Below are positions 8,260 to 17,704 of a DNA stretch of 39,749 nucleotides, one piece after another (position 1 is the first letter of the stretch; each line of letters starts with the position of its first letter). The DNA is from a virus (Duplodnaviria; Heunggongvirae; Uroviricota; Caudoviricetes): IMG/VR virus record IMGVR_UViG_2541047827_000012; one strand, written 5' to 3'. The position numbers and the translations under genes are program-made. The notes under the pieces are model-generated. The model searched no databases. It worked only from the letters and a program-made list of their open reading frames with translations, and was not told the origin of the DNA.

Positions 8260-9125
8260 TGTTGTTAGCTCTTCTAATTATCCCCATTCTGGTTAGTGGT
8301 TATATTATGATAACCGCTAACCAGTATCATTATTTCCGTTTATACCGACATGAAGGCCAGCTTCTTTATATGAAAGTAGCTGCATTAGGTACATATTGCC
8401 TTGTTGCTTCGGTAATAATTGCCGCATTTATAAAATATAAATATCCTGATTTTCACCTAGTTCACGATATGGTGGAAACTTTTAATGTAACGTCAAAACC
8501 AGAAACAGATAGAATTTACATGTGGCTGCTTCTTCTCTCAGCCACATCCATTTGCTTCTCTTTGTGTTATGTGTCTGTTGTGTGGGTGAAAGATTTTCTT
8601 CTTGGTTGTTTTTATAAACGTGATATTTATGAGCAAAAAACAGAGGCAATGAAGGCCAGAGTACTGCGAAAAACTTACTCGCAAGGTTCTTTAGACTTAC
8701 TATTGCTTGATGCTATTGAATCGGATCCTAAACGACCAATGCTGATTACTTTATCATCAAACAAAGTGTATGTTGGAATAATAAATGGTTCTGGTGAACC
8801 AACGGAAAATCAGGGTCCGCATCAGCACATATCTTTTGTTCCTTTAATGTCAGGATACAGGAACAAAGACAACTTATCTGTCACATTCACTAATGCTTAT
8901 CCAGGAGAAATACAGGTCAAGCGGACTGCAGCAATAAGAGGAATTAGCAGAAAGAAAGTGCCAGGACTTGAGATCATGGTGTCTATTGACGAAATAAGTT
9001 ATATATCATGGTTTGATTTTGAAGTATATAAAGCAACAAATAACAAAGTAGAATCCAGGGGGCACGTTATTCGTGTTACCAAAAATGGAAGAAATATATA
9101 TCAAAGAAATAGCAAAAAAGAATAG
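8259..9125 (+). CDS. Membrane-anchored protein of unknown function (N-terminal TM helices plus 160-aa soluble domain)
   Basis: GTG start at 8259 overlapping upstream stop (SD AGGA 8251-8254); about 3 hydrophobic helices in the first 110 aa; markedly AT-rich versus flanking phage DNA; followed by a terminator. Confidence 0.6.
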   Translation: MLLALLIIPILVSGYIMITANQYHYFRLYRHEGQLLYMKVAALGTYCLVASVIIAAFIKYKYPDFHLVHDMVETFNVTSKPETDRIYMWLLLLSATSICFSLCYVSVVWVKDFLLGCFYKRDIYEQKTEAMKARVLRKTYSQGSLDLLLLDAIESDPKRPMLITLSSNKVYVGIINGSGEPTENQGPHQHISFVPLMSGYRNKDNLSVTFTNAYPGEIQVKRTAAIRGISRKKVPGLEIMVSIDEISYISWFDFEVYKATNNKVESRGHVIRVTKNGRNIYQRNSKKE

Positions 9126-9145
9126 CCCGCGCTGCGGGCTTTTTT
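9125..9145 (+). terminator. Rho-independent terminator after the membrane-protein operon
   Basis: GCCCGC-gct-GCGGGC hairpin followed by TTTTTT. Confidence 0.6.
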
Positions 9146-9217
9146 GTGGACGAAACAAAAGCCAGTGCTACACTCATTGACGCCACATTGAGGTGGCTTA
9201 TAGATGGAAATTTCACA

Positions 9218-9379
9218 ATGAAAAAAGCATTTGCTGCACTGTTCGTTTTGTTGTCTCTGGTAGCTTCAACTCAGGCCTTTGCCGGTCGTTGTCAGCACGA
9301 CAGCGATACTGCCGCTGACGGCTCCCGCTGCGGTGGGCGTTCTGCGGATTCCCGCCCGGGTGGCGGTGGCATTCGTTAA
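9218..9379 (+). CDS. Small secreted peptide (signal peptide plus about 31-aa Cys-containing mature part), hypothetical
   Basis: MKKAFAALFVLLSLVASTQAFA then GRCQHDSDTAADGSRCGG...; weak RBS; the track ORF from 9146 starts inside the upstream terminator so the internal ATG was chosen. Confidence 0.35.
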   Translation: MKKAFAALFVLLSLVASTQAFAGRCQHDSDTAADGSRCGGRSADSRPGGGGIR

Positions 9380-9401
9380 AAACAAGGCCGCGAAAGCGGC
9401 C
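9378..9401 (-). terminator. Rho-independent terminator for the minus-strand gene 9411..9707
   Basis: GGCCGC-gaaa-GCGGCC hairpin (9386-9401) followed on the minus strand by TGTTTTT. Confidence 0.55.
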
Positions 9402-9402
9402 T

Positions 9403-9414
9403 GTGACATGTCAC
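9403..9414. repeat. 12-bp palindrome GTGACATGTCAC (copy 1 of 3)
   Basis: Exact 12-mer shared with 26927-26938 and 29192-29203; overlaps the stop codon of 9411..9707 and abuts its terminator. Confidence 0.8.
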
Positions 9415-9707
9415 GTCCCTTTTCTGAATGATAGCCATTCGAAAAATGATGACATTCCACCGCAGACAATAGCAAAGATGATCCCACCAAAGAAGAGAAG
9501 GCCAGCCTGCCACCACTCCCACCGCCATACATCCACAGCGCCAACCATACCAACAATCGCTCCAACAAATGGAATATAGCTCACGATGAAAGCAATGGGG
9601 GCTGCAATTATCCAGTGCAATCCCCACCATGATTCAAGCCCAGCCATAATTGCTGCCAACTGAAAAAGACCAACGACGATATAAACAATGAATCCTATAG
9701 CTTGCAT
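9411..9707 (-). CDS. Small integral membrane protein (3 TM, Trp-rich), unknown function
   Basis: SD AGGTGA before ATG 9707; 98 aa, almost entirely hydrophobic helices. Confidence 0.55.
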   Translation of the reverse strand: MQAIGFIVYIVVGLFQLAAIMAGLESWWGLHWIIAAPIAFIVSYIPFVGAIVGMVGAVDVWRWEWWQAGLLFFGGIIFAIVCGGMSSFFEWLSFRKGT

Positions 9708-9719
9708 GTAGTCACCTAT

Positions 9720-9893
9720 TTACCCAGTAAAAATAAGAGGCCTCCCCTCAATAAGGCTTGCAACAAGAACTACTCCCTGCACAACAAAGATGAACCAGCA
9801 AATAGCTTGAGTCTGAGGGTTAAGAAAATATTTGTAGCGGTCAATAAATAACAATACACCAGAAATTATCACACTCAAAATAATTAAAAACAC
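9720..9893 (-). CDS. Putative 57-aa hydrophobic membrane peptide (GTG start), not in the supplied ORF track
   Basis: My own translation: GTG at 9893 preceded by SD AAGGAAG, encoding VFLIILSVIISGVLLFIDRYKYFLNPQTQAICWFIFVVQGVVLVASLIEGRPLIFTG; stop abuts the SD of the next gene; AT-rich. Confidence 0.35.
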   Translation of the reverse strand: MFLIILSVIISGVLLFIDRYKYFLNPQTQAICWFIFVVQGVVLVASLIEGRPLIFTG

Positions 9894-9902
9894 AACACTT
9901 CC

Positions 9903-12377
9903 TTATTGCGGAGTGACATCCTGAGGTCGCCACCAGTATGTCTGGTTAAACTCTTTCTTCGAACGTTGCTCCATTTTACGCAAATAGCCTGGTGAAAAAT
10001 ACTCCTGCATCTGGTTAAAGATCATGTGATCGAGAGCCGCCTTCAAGTACCAGAGATTCGCACCAGGCATCAAACCTTTCCCCAGCTTCACCAGATCACC
10101 ACCAGTCTGCTCACTCTTCCCTTCCACAGCATTTAACGGTATGCCCTGAGCAATCTTCACTACGTCATCAACTAGACCAGCTACCGGGCCAAGCATCGAC
10201 GCCAGCGCGCCGCTTCCGTACCTAGTGTGATCTGACAATAAAAAGTCACCGTAAAGGCCAAGACCACCACCTTTCAGTAGAGCACCAAGCCAGAATTTTG
10301 CGGCATCTTCTCCTGTCATCTCTCGAGGATTACGACCAGACGCAAGGTCGTTAAGTTGTTGCGACAAAGCGCCAAGAATGGTCGTACTGGCAATAAACGT
10401 CGCAATATATGCCGCACGCCCACCAGCAGACGGCATACCCATAGCGCGTGACCAGTGACGCATAACAACCGAGATAGGGAACGATTTAAACAGGAAAACA
10501 CTTCTCGTTAATTCACCTTTCCATGTTCCACGCTGAATACCAGAACCGGTTATCAGTTGCTCACGTGCTCCCGGTGTAATAACAGCCATATCAACTTCTT
10601 CAGTTACGGCACCGAGCAGTTTACGCATTGCCTCAAATTTCACGCGTTCAGGCTCACCAAGATGTTTAACTGCTGAATCAGGGATACGCATAATGCTTTC
10701 CGGTGTCAGCATCGTATTATTACCGTTCCCCCAGTCCTCCTGTTGCGCCAACTTCCATACGCTCCAGTCTGTGTCAGTAATCCCTTTGCTTTTCAGGATA
10801 CGAAAATCAGAGTCATCGAGGCGACGAAGGTCTGGTGTCCGTGACACTACTTCTCCCAGGCTTCCCATCATGGTTACGCCATAGGCGCGCTTGTGCGCAT
10901 CTGACCATGCTGTAAGCCCACTGGCACGCATTACCGCCGTTGCAGCCCAACGAGACACAGACGGCCCCATATTATCCATCGCCCAGCGGTTAACGCTGCC
11001 AAGTAGAGATTCCATCGCCAGACCAGCGCGGCGCGCCCGCGCAAGTTCTGTACGGTTCGTTGGGTCCATAGCTTCAAGCTGGTTGCGGAATAACTGGTTC
11101 ATTGGAAGGTTGGTAACCTTCGCAGACAGATACATGGTTCCAAGATCAGAGAACGATGACAGCAACGCGGATCCGAGTCTGCTGGCAACCAGCCAGTTGC
11201 GGATATTGTCAGACCATCGCGCGATGTGCGGATTCGCTACAGGCTGTGTCTTTCCGGAAATAAAGTTGTACAGATTCTCTGTGTTGTTCGCCAGCCGCTC
11301 GACTTTACCGGTTTTACTCGGGTTAGCTGTTGCCGTTTCTGCCTTCACCTGATCAAGAAGAGAGCGGAAAACATGATCGGGGTTTGGACCATATGTTTCC
11401 ACCAGTGCAATATCTTTACTGATACCTTCCAGGTGACCGACCATGATTTCCCATAGAGAGCGATCGCCATAAAGTTGCTGATATTGCAGATAGGAATCTG
11501 CATCTTTGAAATGTATCTGTCGTGATGCATTACCACGGTTAGCACGTGCGCCGGAAATTCGCATTCCGGTATCAGTAAGCTTATTCAGCCCACCAGTAGC
11601 GATCGTGTTATAAGCCTCTCCAAGAAATGCAGACAACTCGGCATCGTTCATCAGTTGTCCATCGGCTCGGGTATAATATTTGCGATCCAGCTTACCTATA
11701 ACATCGCTAACCCATTTATCTTTTGATACCGCCCCAACCTTTTCCATAGAATGATGTTGAGGGATCCCCCAGTTTTCGAGATAGCCAATGTCCCCACCAG
11801 CATCATTAAACCGGCGGCGCAGTAGCTCTGTCACTTCTCTCCACGCCTTAGCACCTTTTCTTGCTTTAGCATTGCCAGTATTTTGCCCCCGCATTTCATA
11901 TACCAGGTCACGTACGCCCGCTTCATCTTCAAACAGACCAAAAAAGCGAGGATCAACTGCTTCGAATGCCTCCTGCAATTGACTCAATGCATAATCACGG
12001 GTGGCTTTTGTTCTGGATTCAACAGAGAGGAAATTCGATTTACCGTCTGCATTAAAAGCAATAGTACGGTTAAGAGCGCCAAGTTTCCCATCAGCCCCTT
12101 GATAGCTATTGATAAATTTATCCAATCTCTGACGTGCGGCTATAGTGAGGGCCACACGACGTTTCTTTAATGCCGCTTCTCGCTGTAATTCTTCAGATGC
12201 CAATTGTGCTGCACGATACAGCCGCTCTGATTCGGAAAGTTGTCGCCACGACATCGGGTCATCACGAGCAATGGAGCGCATATTTCGATAAATGCGGTCT
12301 TCAATGTTCTGTATTTCTCGCGCCGTTAACGTGCGCTGCGCCGCCTGCTGGACCGCTTGTATACATTCCTGTCTCAT
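9903..12377 (-). CDS. Internal virion/ejection protein (824 aa), T7 gp16-like position
   Basis: Large protein at the distal end of the structural operon; no enzymatic motif recognised; assignment by position. Confidence 0.65.
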   Translation of the reverse strand: MRQECIQAVQQAAQRTLTAREIQNIEDRIYRNMRSIARDDPMSWRQLSESERLYRAAQLASEELQREAALKKRRVALTIAARQRLDKFINSYQGADGKLGALNRTIAFNADGKSNFLSVESRTKATRDYALSQLQEAFEAVDPRFFGLFEDEAGVRDLVYEMRGQNTGNAKARKGAKAWREVTELLRRRFNDAGGDIGYLENWGIPQHHSMEKVGAVSKDKWVSDVIGKLDRKYYTRADGQLMNDAELSAFLGEAYNTIATGGLNKLTDTGMRISGARANRGNASRQIHFKDADSYLQYQQLYGDRSLWEIMVGHLEGISKDIALVETYGPNPDHVFRSLLDQVKAETATANPSKTGKVERLANNTENLYNFISGKTQPVANPHIARWSDNIRNWLVASRLGSALLSSFSDLGTMYLSAKVTNLPMNQLFRNQLEAMDPTNRTELARARRAGLAMESLLGSVNRWAMDNMGPSVSRWAATAVMRASGLTAWSDAHKRAYGVTMMGSLGEVVSRTPDLRRLDDSDFRILKSKGITDTDWSVWKLAQQEDWGNGNNTMLTPESIMRIPDSAVKHLGEPERVKFEAMRKLLGAVTEEVDMAVITPGAREQLITGSGIQRGTWKGELTRSVFLFKSFPISVVMRHWSRAMGMPSAGGRAAYIATFIASTTILGALSQQLNDLASGRNPREMTGEDAAKFWLGALLKGGGLGLYGDFLLSDHTRYGSGALASMLGPVAGLVDDVVKIAQGIPLNAVEGKSEQTGGDLVKLGKGLMPGANLWYLKAALDHMIFNQMQEYFSPGYLRKMEQRSKKEFNQTYWWRPQDVTPQ

Positions 12378-12382
12378 TTAAT

Positions 12383-14185
12383 TTAACCTCTCAAGAAACA
12401 CGCCACAGCAACATCAAACAGGCTGGAATCCTGTATTGCCTGCTCACTTTCCCTGTTCGCTTCATCCAGTACTTCACGCGCACTGCGCGATTGTGGATTA
12501 CCATCATCATCCAGCACGGTGATTATCATGTCAGGTGATTCAAGCAGCGAGTCTTCAGCTATACGCAGATCAATATCTCCTGCCGGATCTGCCATCATTT
12601 TTTGTTCTGTCTGTTGCAATATCTTACCGGGCTCAAAAGGAGCTACTTCTTCTGGCGTCCTGACCTCTGCTGTTTTATAGAATGAAACAGCCTGAGCATT
12701 AAGTTCACTTTCTGCCTGCTGTCGTCGTGCCAGTTCTGCTCGAGCTTCAAAAAACTGACCTCCAGGCTCGTGCGGCGCCAACGCGTTACGAGAAAATTCC
12801 AGGCGTTCTTGTGCCTGCCGGATTCGTTGGTCAATATCGCGAAGTCTGGCCTGTTTATCTGATCGAGCACGAGATAAAGCCTTACCGCTACCGGTTGGCT
12901 CTTCTGCAAGAATTTGTGCGCGCTGTTCAGTGAGATTTTCAATAATTCGTTGGCTATTAGCGATTTCAGACTGGTAAACCTTTCTATCGCCACGCGACAA
13001 AAGCTGCGCGGCCTGTTCTTCAAGCAACCGATTTTCTATAGCGCGCGCCGTTACTCCATCATCTACAGATGACAGAGCCTCATTAACTGCCTGAGACAGC
13101 AGACTCTTGCGCCCAGGAATTTCACTGAAAGATGCAGACTCAACAATGCTGGCAACGTCTACAGGTCTCCCCTGGCTAACATCAGACATGGCTTTTCGCA
13201 GAGCCTGAATGTGCGAATTACGCGAAAGCACGTTGATCGGAACGCCGGGAGCAATATCAATTTCAGCATGATGAGCGGCATTCGCCGCCAGTGCAGCATC
13301 AATATCAACTGGTGAAAAATTTGGTGCGCTTGTAGACTCGCCGCGAGAGTTAATAAATCTGCCGACACCACCAAACGCCACCCCAAGAACAGCATCAATA
13401 GCAATTGCCTGTCGATCCAACACATCATACTGGTTAGCCATTTCGCTATAGCCACCATCACGAAGCGTTTTTGCAGTAAGCCCACGCTGTGCCATACCGA
13501 ACGCAATATTTGTACCTGCGGCATAGGCAATATCTGGCGTTGCACGTACTGCTGTTGCTGCGGCGCGTCGCACTGAACTTTCACCCGTCCGCGCAAGCTG
13601 AGCCGCCACACCTTCCGCCAGCGCACCACCAGCACGTAACCCGAGGCTCATAGGGATCAGTGTTCCGGCACCAGCAGTAATACCCTGCACTAATCCCGCT
13701 TCCTGCGCCGTCCTGAAATCAACACCCTGTGCTGTCAACCGTTCAAACTCAGAAAAACCCTGTAGAGAAGTTACCGCCGCAGCACCTCCGACCGGACCAC
13801 CGAGCGTTGTACCGACAACAGCCTGCCCGCCCATATCGAACAACCCATAAAGGACCTGCCCGGCGGTTCCGGTTGTCGCGGCATCAGGCGTCAGCCGCTT
13901 AACCTGCTGCTCTGCTAGTTTTCTCTGCTCAGCAATGTATGAAACTGAAGTGTCATTGAGCGAGGTGTTTTCGTTAACAAGCTGAGCAATCGGGGATACG
14001 ATTTTATCCATCCCTGCCCATAGCAACTGATCTGGCTTTGCCACCAGCCCGGAGTACAAACCAGACAATGCCGCTCCTACAGCATTGTCGAAAAAACCAA
14101 CATCGCTGTTAAAGCCAACTGGATTTGATGCTGCTTCGTCAAGCTGCTGATTCTGGTTTACTGGATTAAGGCCAAAGTAACTCAT
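12383..14185 (-). CDS. Internal virion/ejection protein (600 aa)
   Basis: Gly/Ala-rich N-terminal half, coiled-coil C-terminal half; in the tail-tube/internal-core block. Confidence 0.65.
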   Translation of the reverse strand: MSYFGLNPVNQNQQLDEAASNPVGFNSDVGFFDNAVGAALSGLYSGLVAKPDQLLWAGMDKIVSPIAQLVNENTSLNDTSVSYIAEQRKLAEQQVKRLTPDAATTGTAGQVLYGLFDMGGQAVVGTTLGGPVGGAAAVTSLQGFSEFERLTAQGVDFRTAQEAGLVQGITAGAGTLIPMSLGLRAGGALAEGVAAQLARTGESSVRRAAATAVRATPDIAYAAGTNIAFGMAQRGLTAKTLRDGGYSEMANQYDVLDRQAIAIDAVLGVAFGGVGRFINSRGESTSAPNFSPVDIDAALAANAAHHAEIDIAPGVPINVLSRNSHIQALRKAMSDVSQGRPVDVASIVESASFSEIPGRKSLLSQAVNEALSSVDDGVTARAIENRLLEEQAAQLLSRGDRKVYQSEIANSQRIIENLTEQRAQILAEEPTGSGKALSRARSDKQARLRDIDQRIRQAQERLEFSRNALAPHEPGGQFFEARAELARRQQAESELNAQAVSFYKTAEVRTPEEVAPFEPGKILQQTEQKMMADPAGDIDLRIAEDSLLESPDMIITVLDDDGNPQSRSAREVLDEANRESEQAIQDSSLFDVAVACFLRG

Positions 14186-16695
14186 TGCGGAATATCTCCG
14201 GAGAATCTCTGACGCTTCTGTGTCAGATCAAGAACAACGGGAGAACCATCATCTTTTAGCAGATAACCAGTACCAAGTTTCACCAGGTACTGACTATCGC
14301 CGTAACTTTGCAAACCATACTGACCAGGCGGTGTTTTTATCCCTGTGCCAACAACTTGTTCATTCCAAGCCTGATTAACCTGCTTATCGAATTGCTCTGC
14401 AGACATTCCCCACGGCAAAAGAACATTCCCCATTCCGTTATAGTCATGCACGCCACCTGTAGCTACGTTAACAGCCTGTTTCCAGATATCATTGTCAATT
14501 TCGCCTGATACCACGCCTTTTTTCGCCATCACACCAGCGTAATAGTCCTTTGCGATCTCGTATGCCATTGATGCCCCCTGAGCATCACCAGCAAATGCAT
14601 TCTTCACCATGTCAGAAAACTCAAGGCGAAGATCAGCATCTTTAGGCATCGGAATACCTTTCTCGTCATCAGTACCTTTACGAGCCGCCGCGCCAGCAAG
14701 AATTGTCTGCGCAGCGGTTTCTGGAGACACGGAAACATCCGGATTAAACCAGTTTTTTTCTGCCAAAATACCACCTGGCTTATCCATCAGTATCCCGGCA
14801 ACGGCAGCAGATGGAGCGTTGGCACTGATCTGCTGTAGTGCTGACATATACACCTGCCCACCACCAGTGCTCTGCCTGATGGTATCGAGATATGCTGCCT
14901 GTTGGGAAACGGGCGCATCACGAAAGAAAACACCGATCTGATTGGCCTCGTCTTTGGAAAAGAACGTCAGTGGAGTGCCATATGACTTAGCAAGGTCACT
15001 GACCTGAGCAGCACGCAAGGCAACGCTCTGTCCAAAGTTATCCTTATTGCTCATGTCGATAGGCTTTGCCTGTCCGGCGGCAAGAGAGAACTGTACAGGA
15101 TCAGCCTGTCGCTGCTTTATCACCTGACTTGCAGCCGACACAACGTTGTCATAAAGAGCGGCTCGTGCCGCATAACCCTCCCCTGTCTCACCAGTATCCG
15201 GGCGTAATTGCTCAACATATGCTGTAATGCTGCTTGTCGGCATGTTGCGGAAAGAGCCTATATACTGTCCGGCGATTTGCGTATTTCTGAACTCGGTATA
15301 TCGCAGGTTTCCTTCTCTTACTCCATAAGCTGCAATAAAATCAGCCTCACCAGGTGGGTTAGGAAATTCAACGCCACGCATATACGCAGCTGTCGCATCG
15401 CGAACCTGGCTGTCAATCATCGTTTTATATTCAGCCTGCTGCTGCCGACGCAGTTGATCCGCCTGTCGCATAAAACTTGCCTGCGCCTCAGGAGATGCCG
15501 CATCGAATGCTGCATTACCGGTATAGCGTTTGGTGTTGGTTGGAATTGTTGATAAACCAAGTGCTGCACTGACACCAGCAGTTAACTGCTGATCACTGTA
15601 TGGCTGGCTACCGTTCTCATGATGGATAATGGCTGCACAAAGCGCCTTCAGGGTATCAGGATTAGATGCATCGAGAGGCTCATCAGCAGAAACGCCAAGT
15701 TGTTCGCACACTGCTTTGATATACGACATAGTGTCATTTTTATCAGCAGGCGGTGCCCAGCGATTAATTATCTCGCTGACGGTATCAATACCCTGCCTCT
15801 GATACGACATCAGGTTCCGCCCTAATGCACGAATCCCGTGTTCAGGTGTTTCGAATTTAGCAAATCGACCATCATCACCGGTCTGGCCTACCCACGGATT
15901 AGTTTTGCTGTATTCGAGATTTCCTGGGTTATTGTTGCGTATGCCACGGGCACGCTCGGAAGAGTCACTATCTGCTACAGCACGGCGAGCTCCAGCAGCA
16001 GTATCACTTAACTCGCCATTACTTTGGATGAATGCGGTCGCATTGTTTGCCGACCACTGGGACAATGCGGCATCAGCAACCTTCTCTTTAAACTCGATTT
16101 TCTTGGCCTGGATTTGCTCGTCGCTCCAGCCATGCGCAATGCCGTAATCCTCAATTTGCTGGAAAGTTTGCTTATTAGCCAATACGTATGCGGCGTTGTC
16201 GCCATACAATGCTGCGGCATTTTTACCATTGTTCAGCAGCGTCGCCTGAAACTGGCCTTCTTCGTAGGCATTTATTTGCCCTATCTCGTGCCGCCCGGCC
16301 TGCGTAGTGAACTGAATGCGCTGCTGCTGCGCCTGCTGCATGAAAGCATTACGAGCCTGTTCATCCGGCAGCGACATAGCCAATTGTTCGACCTGAGCAT
16401 CAAACTGCTGCGTATACTCATGGCCTTTTCCAATAGCATTTTTCCCTTTCAGGTTAAGCAATCCTGTTTCAGGATTATTCAGCAAATCACTGCTTATCTG
16501 ACTGAGGTTAAGAGATGCCTCCTGAGCCAAGGCAATATTGGCACGCTGTTTTGCCTGCCCAAAAACATCAATTGCCTCTTCCCCTGCCAGAACAAAAGCA
16601 TCACCAATACCTGGCTGAGAAAACGTCTGCAAGCCTGCTGACTGAACTCCACGGCTCTCAACCTGACGTCCGGATACTGTTGGTACGACTGGCAT
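14182..16695 (-). CDS. Internal virion protein (about 837 aa) with conserved NNPGN-containing domain
   Basis: Start set at ATG 16695 (SD GGAGG; overlaps upstream stop as TAATG) rather than track start 16770; contains RNNNPGNLEY...FAKFETPEHG motif of unknown function. Confidence 0.65.
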   Translation of the reverse strand: MPVVPTVSGRQVESRGVQSAGLQTFSQPGIGDAFVLAGEEAIDVFGQAKQRANIALAQEASLNLSQISSDLLNNPETGLLNLKGKNAIGKGHEYTQQFDAQVEQLAMSLPDEQARNAFMQQAQQQRIQFTTQAGRHEIGQINAYEEGQFQATLLNNGKNAAALYGDNAAYVLANKQTFQQIEDYGIAHGWSDEQIQAKKIEFKEKVADAALSQWSANNATAFIQSNGELSDTAAGARRAVADSDSSERARGIRNNNPGNLEYSKTNPWVGQTGDDGRFAKFETPEHGIRALGRNLMSYQRQGIDTVSEIINRWAPPADKNDTMSYIKAVCEQLGVSADEPLDASNPDTLKALCAAIIHHENGSQPYSDQQLTAGVSAALGLSTIPTNTKRYTGNAAFDAASPEAQASFMRQADQLRRQQQAEYKTMIDSQVRDATAAYMRGVEFPNPPGEADFIAAYGVREGNLRYTEFRNTQIAGQYIGSFRNMPTSSITAYVEQLRPDTGETGEGYAARAALYDNVVSAASQVIKQRQADPVQFSLAAGQAKPIDMSNKDNFGQSVALRAAQVSDLAKSYGTPLTFFSKDEANQIGVFFRDAPVSQQAAYLDTIRQSTGGGQVYMSALQQISANAPSAAVAGILMDKPGGILAEKNWFNPDVSVSPETAAQTILAGAAARKGTDDEKGIPMPKDADLRLEFSDMVKNAFAGDAQGASMAYEIAKDYYAGVMAKKGVVSGEIDNDIWKQAVNVATGGVHDYNGMGNVLLPWGMSAEQFDKQVNQAWNEQVVGTGIKTPPGQYGLQSYGDSQYLVKLGTGYLLKDDGSPVVLDLTQKRQRFSGDIPQ

Positions 16696-17240
16696 TATAA
16701 TCCTCCGGGTAATCTGGTTCCTGCTGCTGCCCCGATTGGCGCAGGAGTGCTTTGAGTAAACGGACTCCACGTCCCACCAAACATCTGGTACGCACCGTAT
16801 GCCTTCAGAGGCGCAGTGAGCAATGTTGTTGCTGCTCCCACATTCCCCTGTTTACGGGCTGAACTGGCTTCTGCTTTATAGTTAGCAGCCTGCATCTGAT
16901 AACCGTAAGCCTCGCGTTGCGCATTATTCACCGTCGTCAGAGAATCAAGAGCGCCAAACTGAGCTGTGTCGCCAAATATATCCAGCGCGTTACCGGTAGA
17001 TAAATCGGCGCCGGTCGCCCCCATTGTCGCCGCCTGTGTACCAAGCCGCTGTCGGGTCTCTCTGCGCCGTTGCTCAGCTTCAGCGTTACCTCTGTTTATT
17101 GCATCATTTGCCTGAGCTGTGGCTATATCTGCGTTCGCTTCTGCAACCTTCGAGGCATACTTTCCCTGTTGGTACTGGGTGTATGCCTGAATGCCACTCA
17201 TGGCGAGCATTGCGCCACCAGCAATAACCGGATCGCACAT
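16695..17240 (-). CDS. Internal virion protein (181 aa), T7 gp14-like position
   Basis: Ala/Gln/Gly-rich small protein in the internal-core gene block; by position. Confidence 0.55.
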   Translation of the reverse strand: MCDPVIAGGAMLAMSGIQAYTQYQQGKYASKVAEANADIATAQANDAINRGNAEAEQRRRETRQRLGTQAATMGATGADLSTGNALDIFGDTAQFGALDSLTTVNNAQREAYGYQMQAANYKAEASSARKQGNVGAATTLLTAPLKAYGAYQMFGGTWSPFTQSTPAPIGAAAGTRLPGGL

Positions 17241-17704
17241 TATTTTCTCTCCATGTGAAATCTGTGGAAATTAAGACCAAGAGCACCATAAGGCGCGGCT
17301 TCTTCAAGCCTGAATCCAAGCCAGTGCAGCCATGCTTTGGCAACATGGTTTCGCTCGTCGACATAGTTTTCCAGGCGCGGATAAACTGCCAGCATCTGCT
17401 GCAATACAGGGCGGCAGTGGCGAAGAAATGTCTTCTGATATTTTTCGATACGGCTGGTTCCGACCAGCCAGGGCGTACCATTGCCACCGATCATTGACGC
17501 CGGAGATACGCCAAACATGGTTACCAGTTCTCCGTTCGCAAATCCTGACCAGGCCATAGTCGCAGTACGCAGACCAACACGCAGCGCATCTTCGGTAGTC
17601 ATCAGTGATACCGCATACAGTTCGTCAATATCAGCCTGACGAACATCCGGCAAAATCATCTGAAGATGCTCTTCGGTTGCGGGAATAATTTGAACATAGA
17701 TCAT
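17240..17704 (-). CDS. Virion-associated protein (154 aa), T7 gp13-like position
   Basis: Follows the tail tube B gene with a 1-nt overlap; by position. Confidence 0.5.
   Translation of the reverse strand: MIYVQIIPATEEHLQMILPDVRQADIDELYAVSLMTTEDALRVGLRTATMAWSGFANGELVTMFGVSPASMIGGNGTPWLVGTSRIEKYQKTFLRHCRPVLQQMLAVYPRLENYVDERNHVAKAWLHWLGFRLEEAAPYGALGLNFHRFHMERK

Noticed and set aside
9403-9414. CRP-site interpretation of TGTGACATGTCACA
   Set aside because: Half-sites resemble TGTGA/TCACA but the spacer is 4 bp, not the 6 bp of CRP sites.
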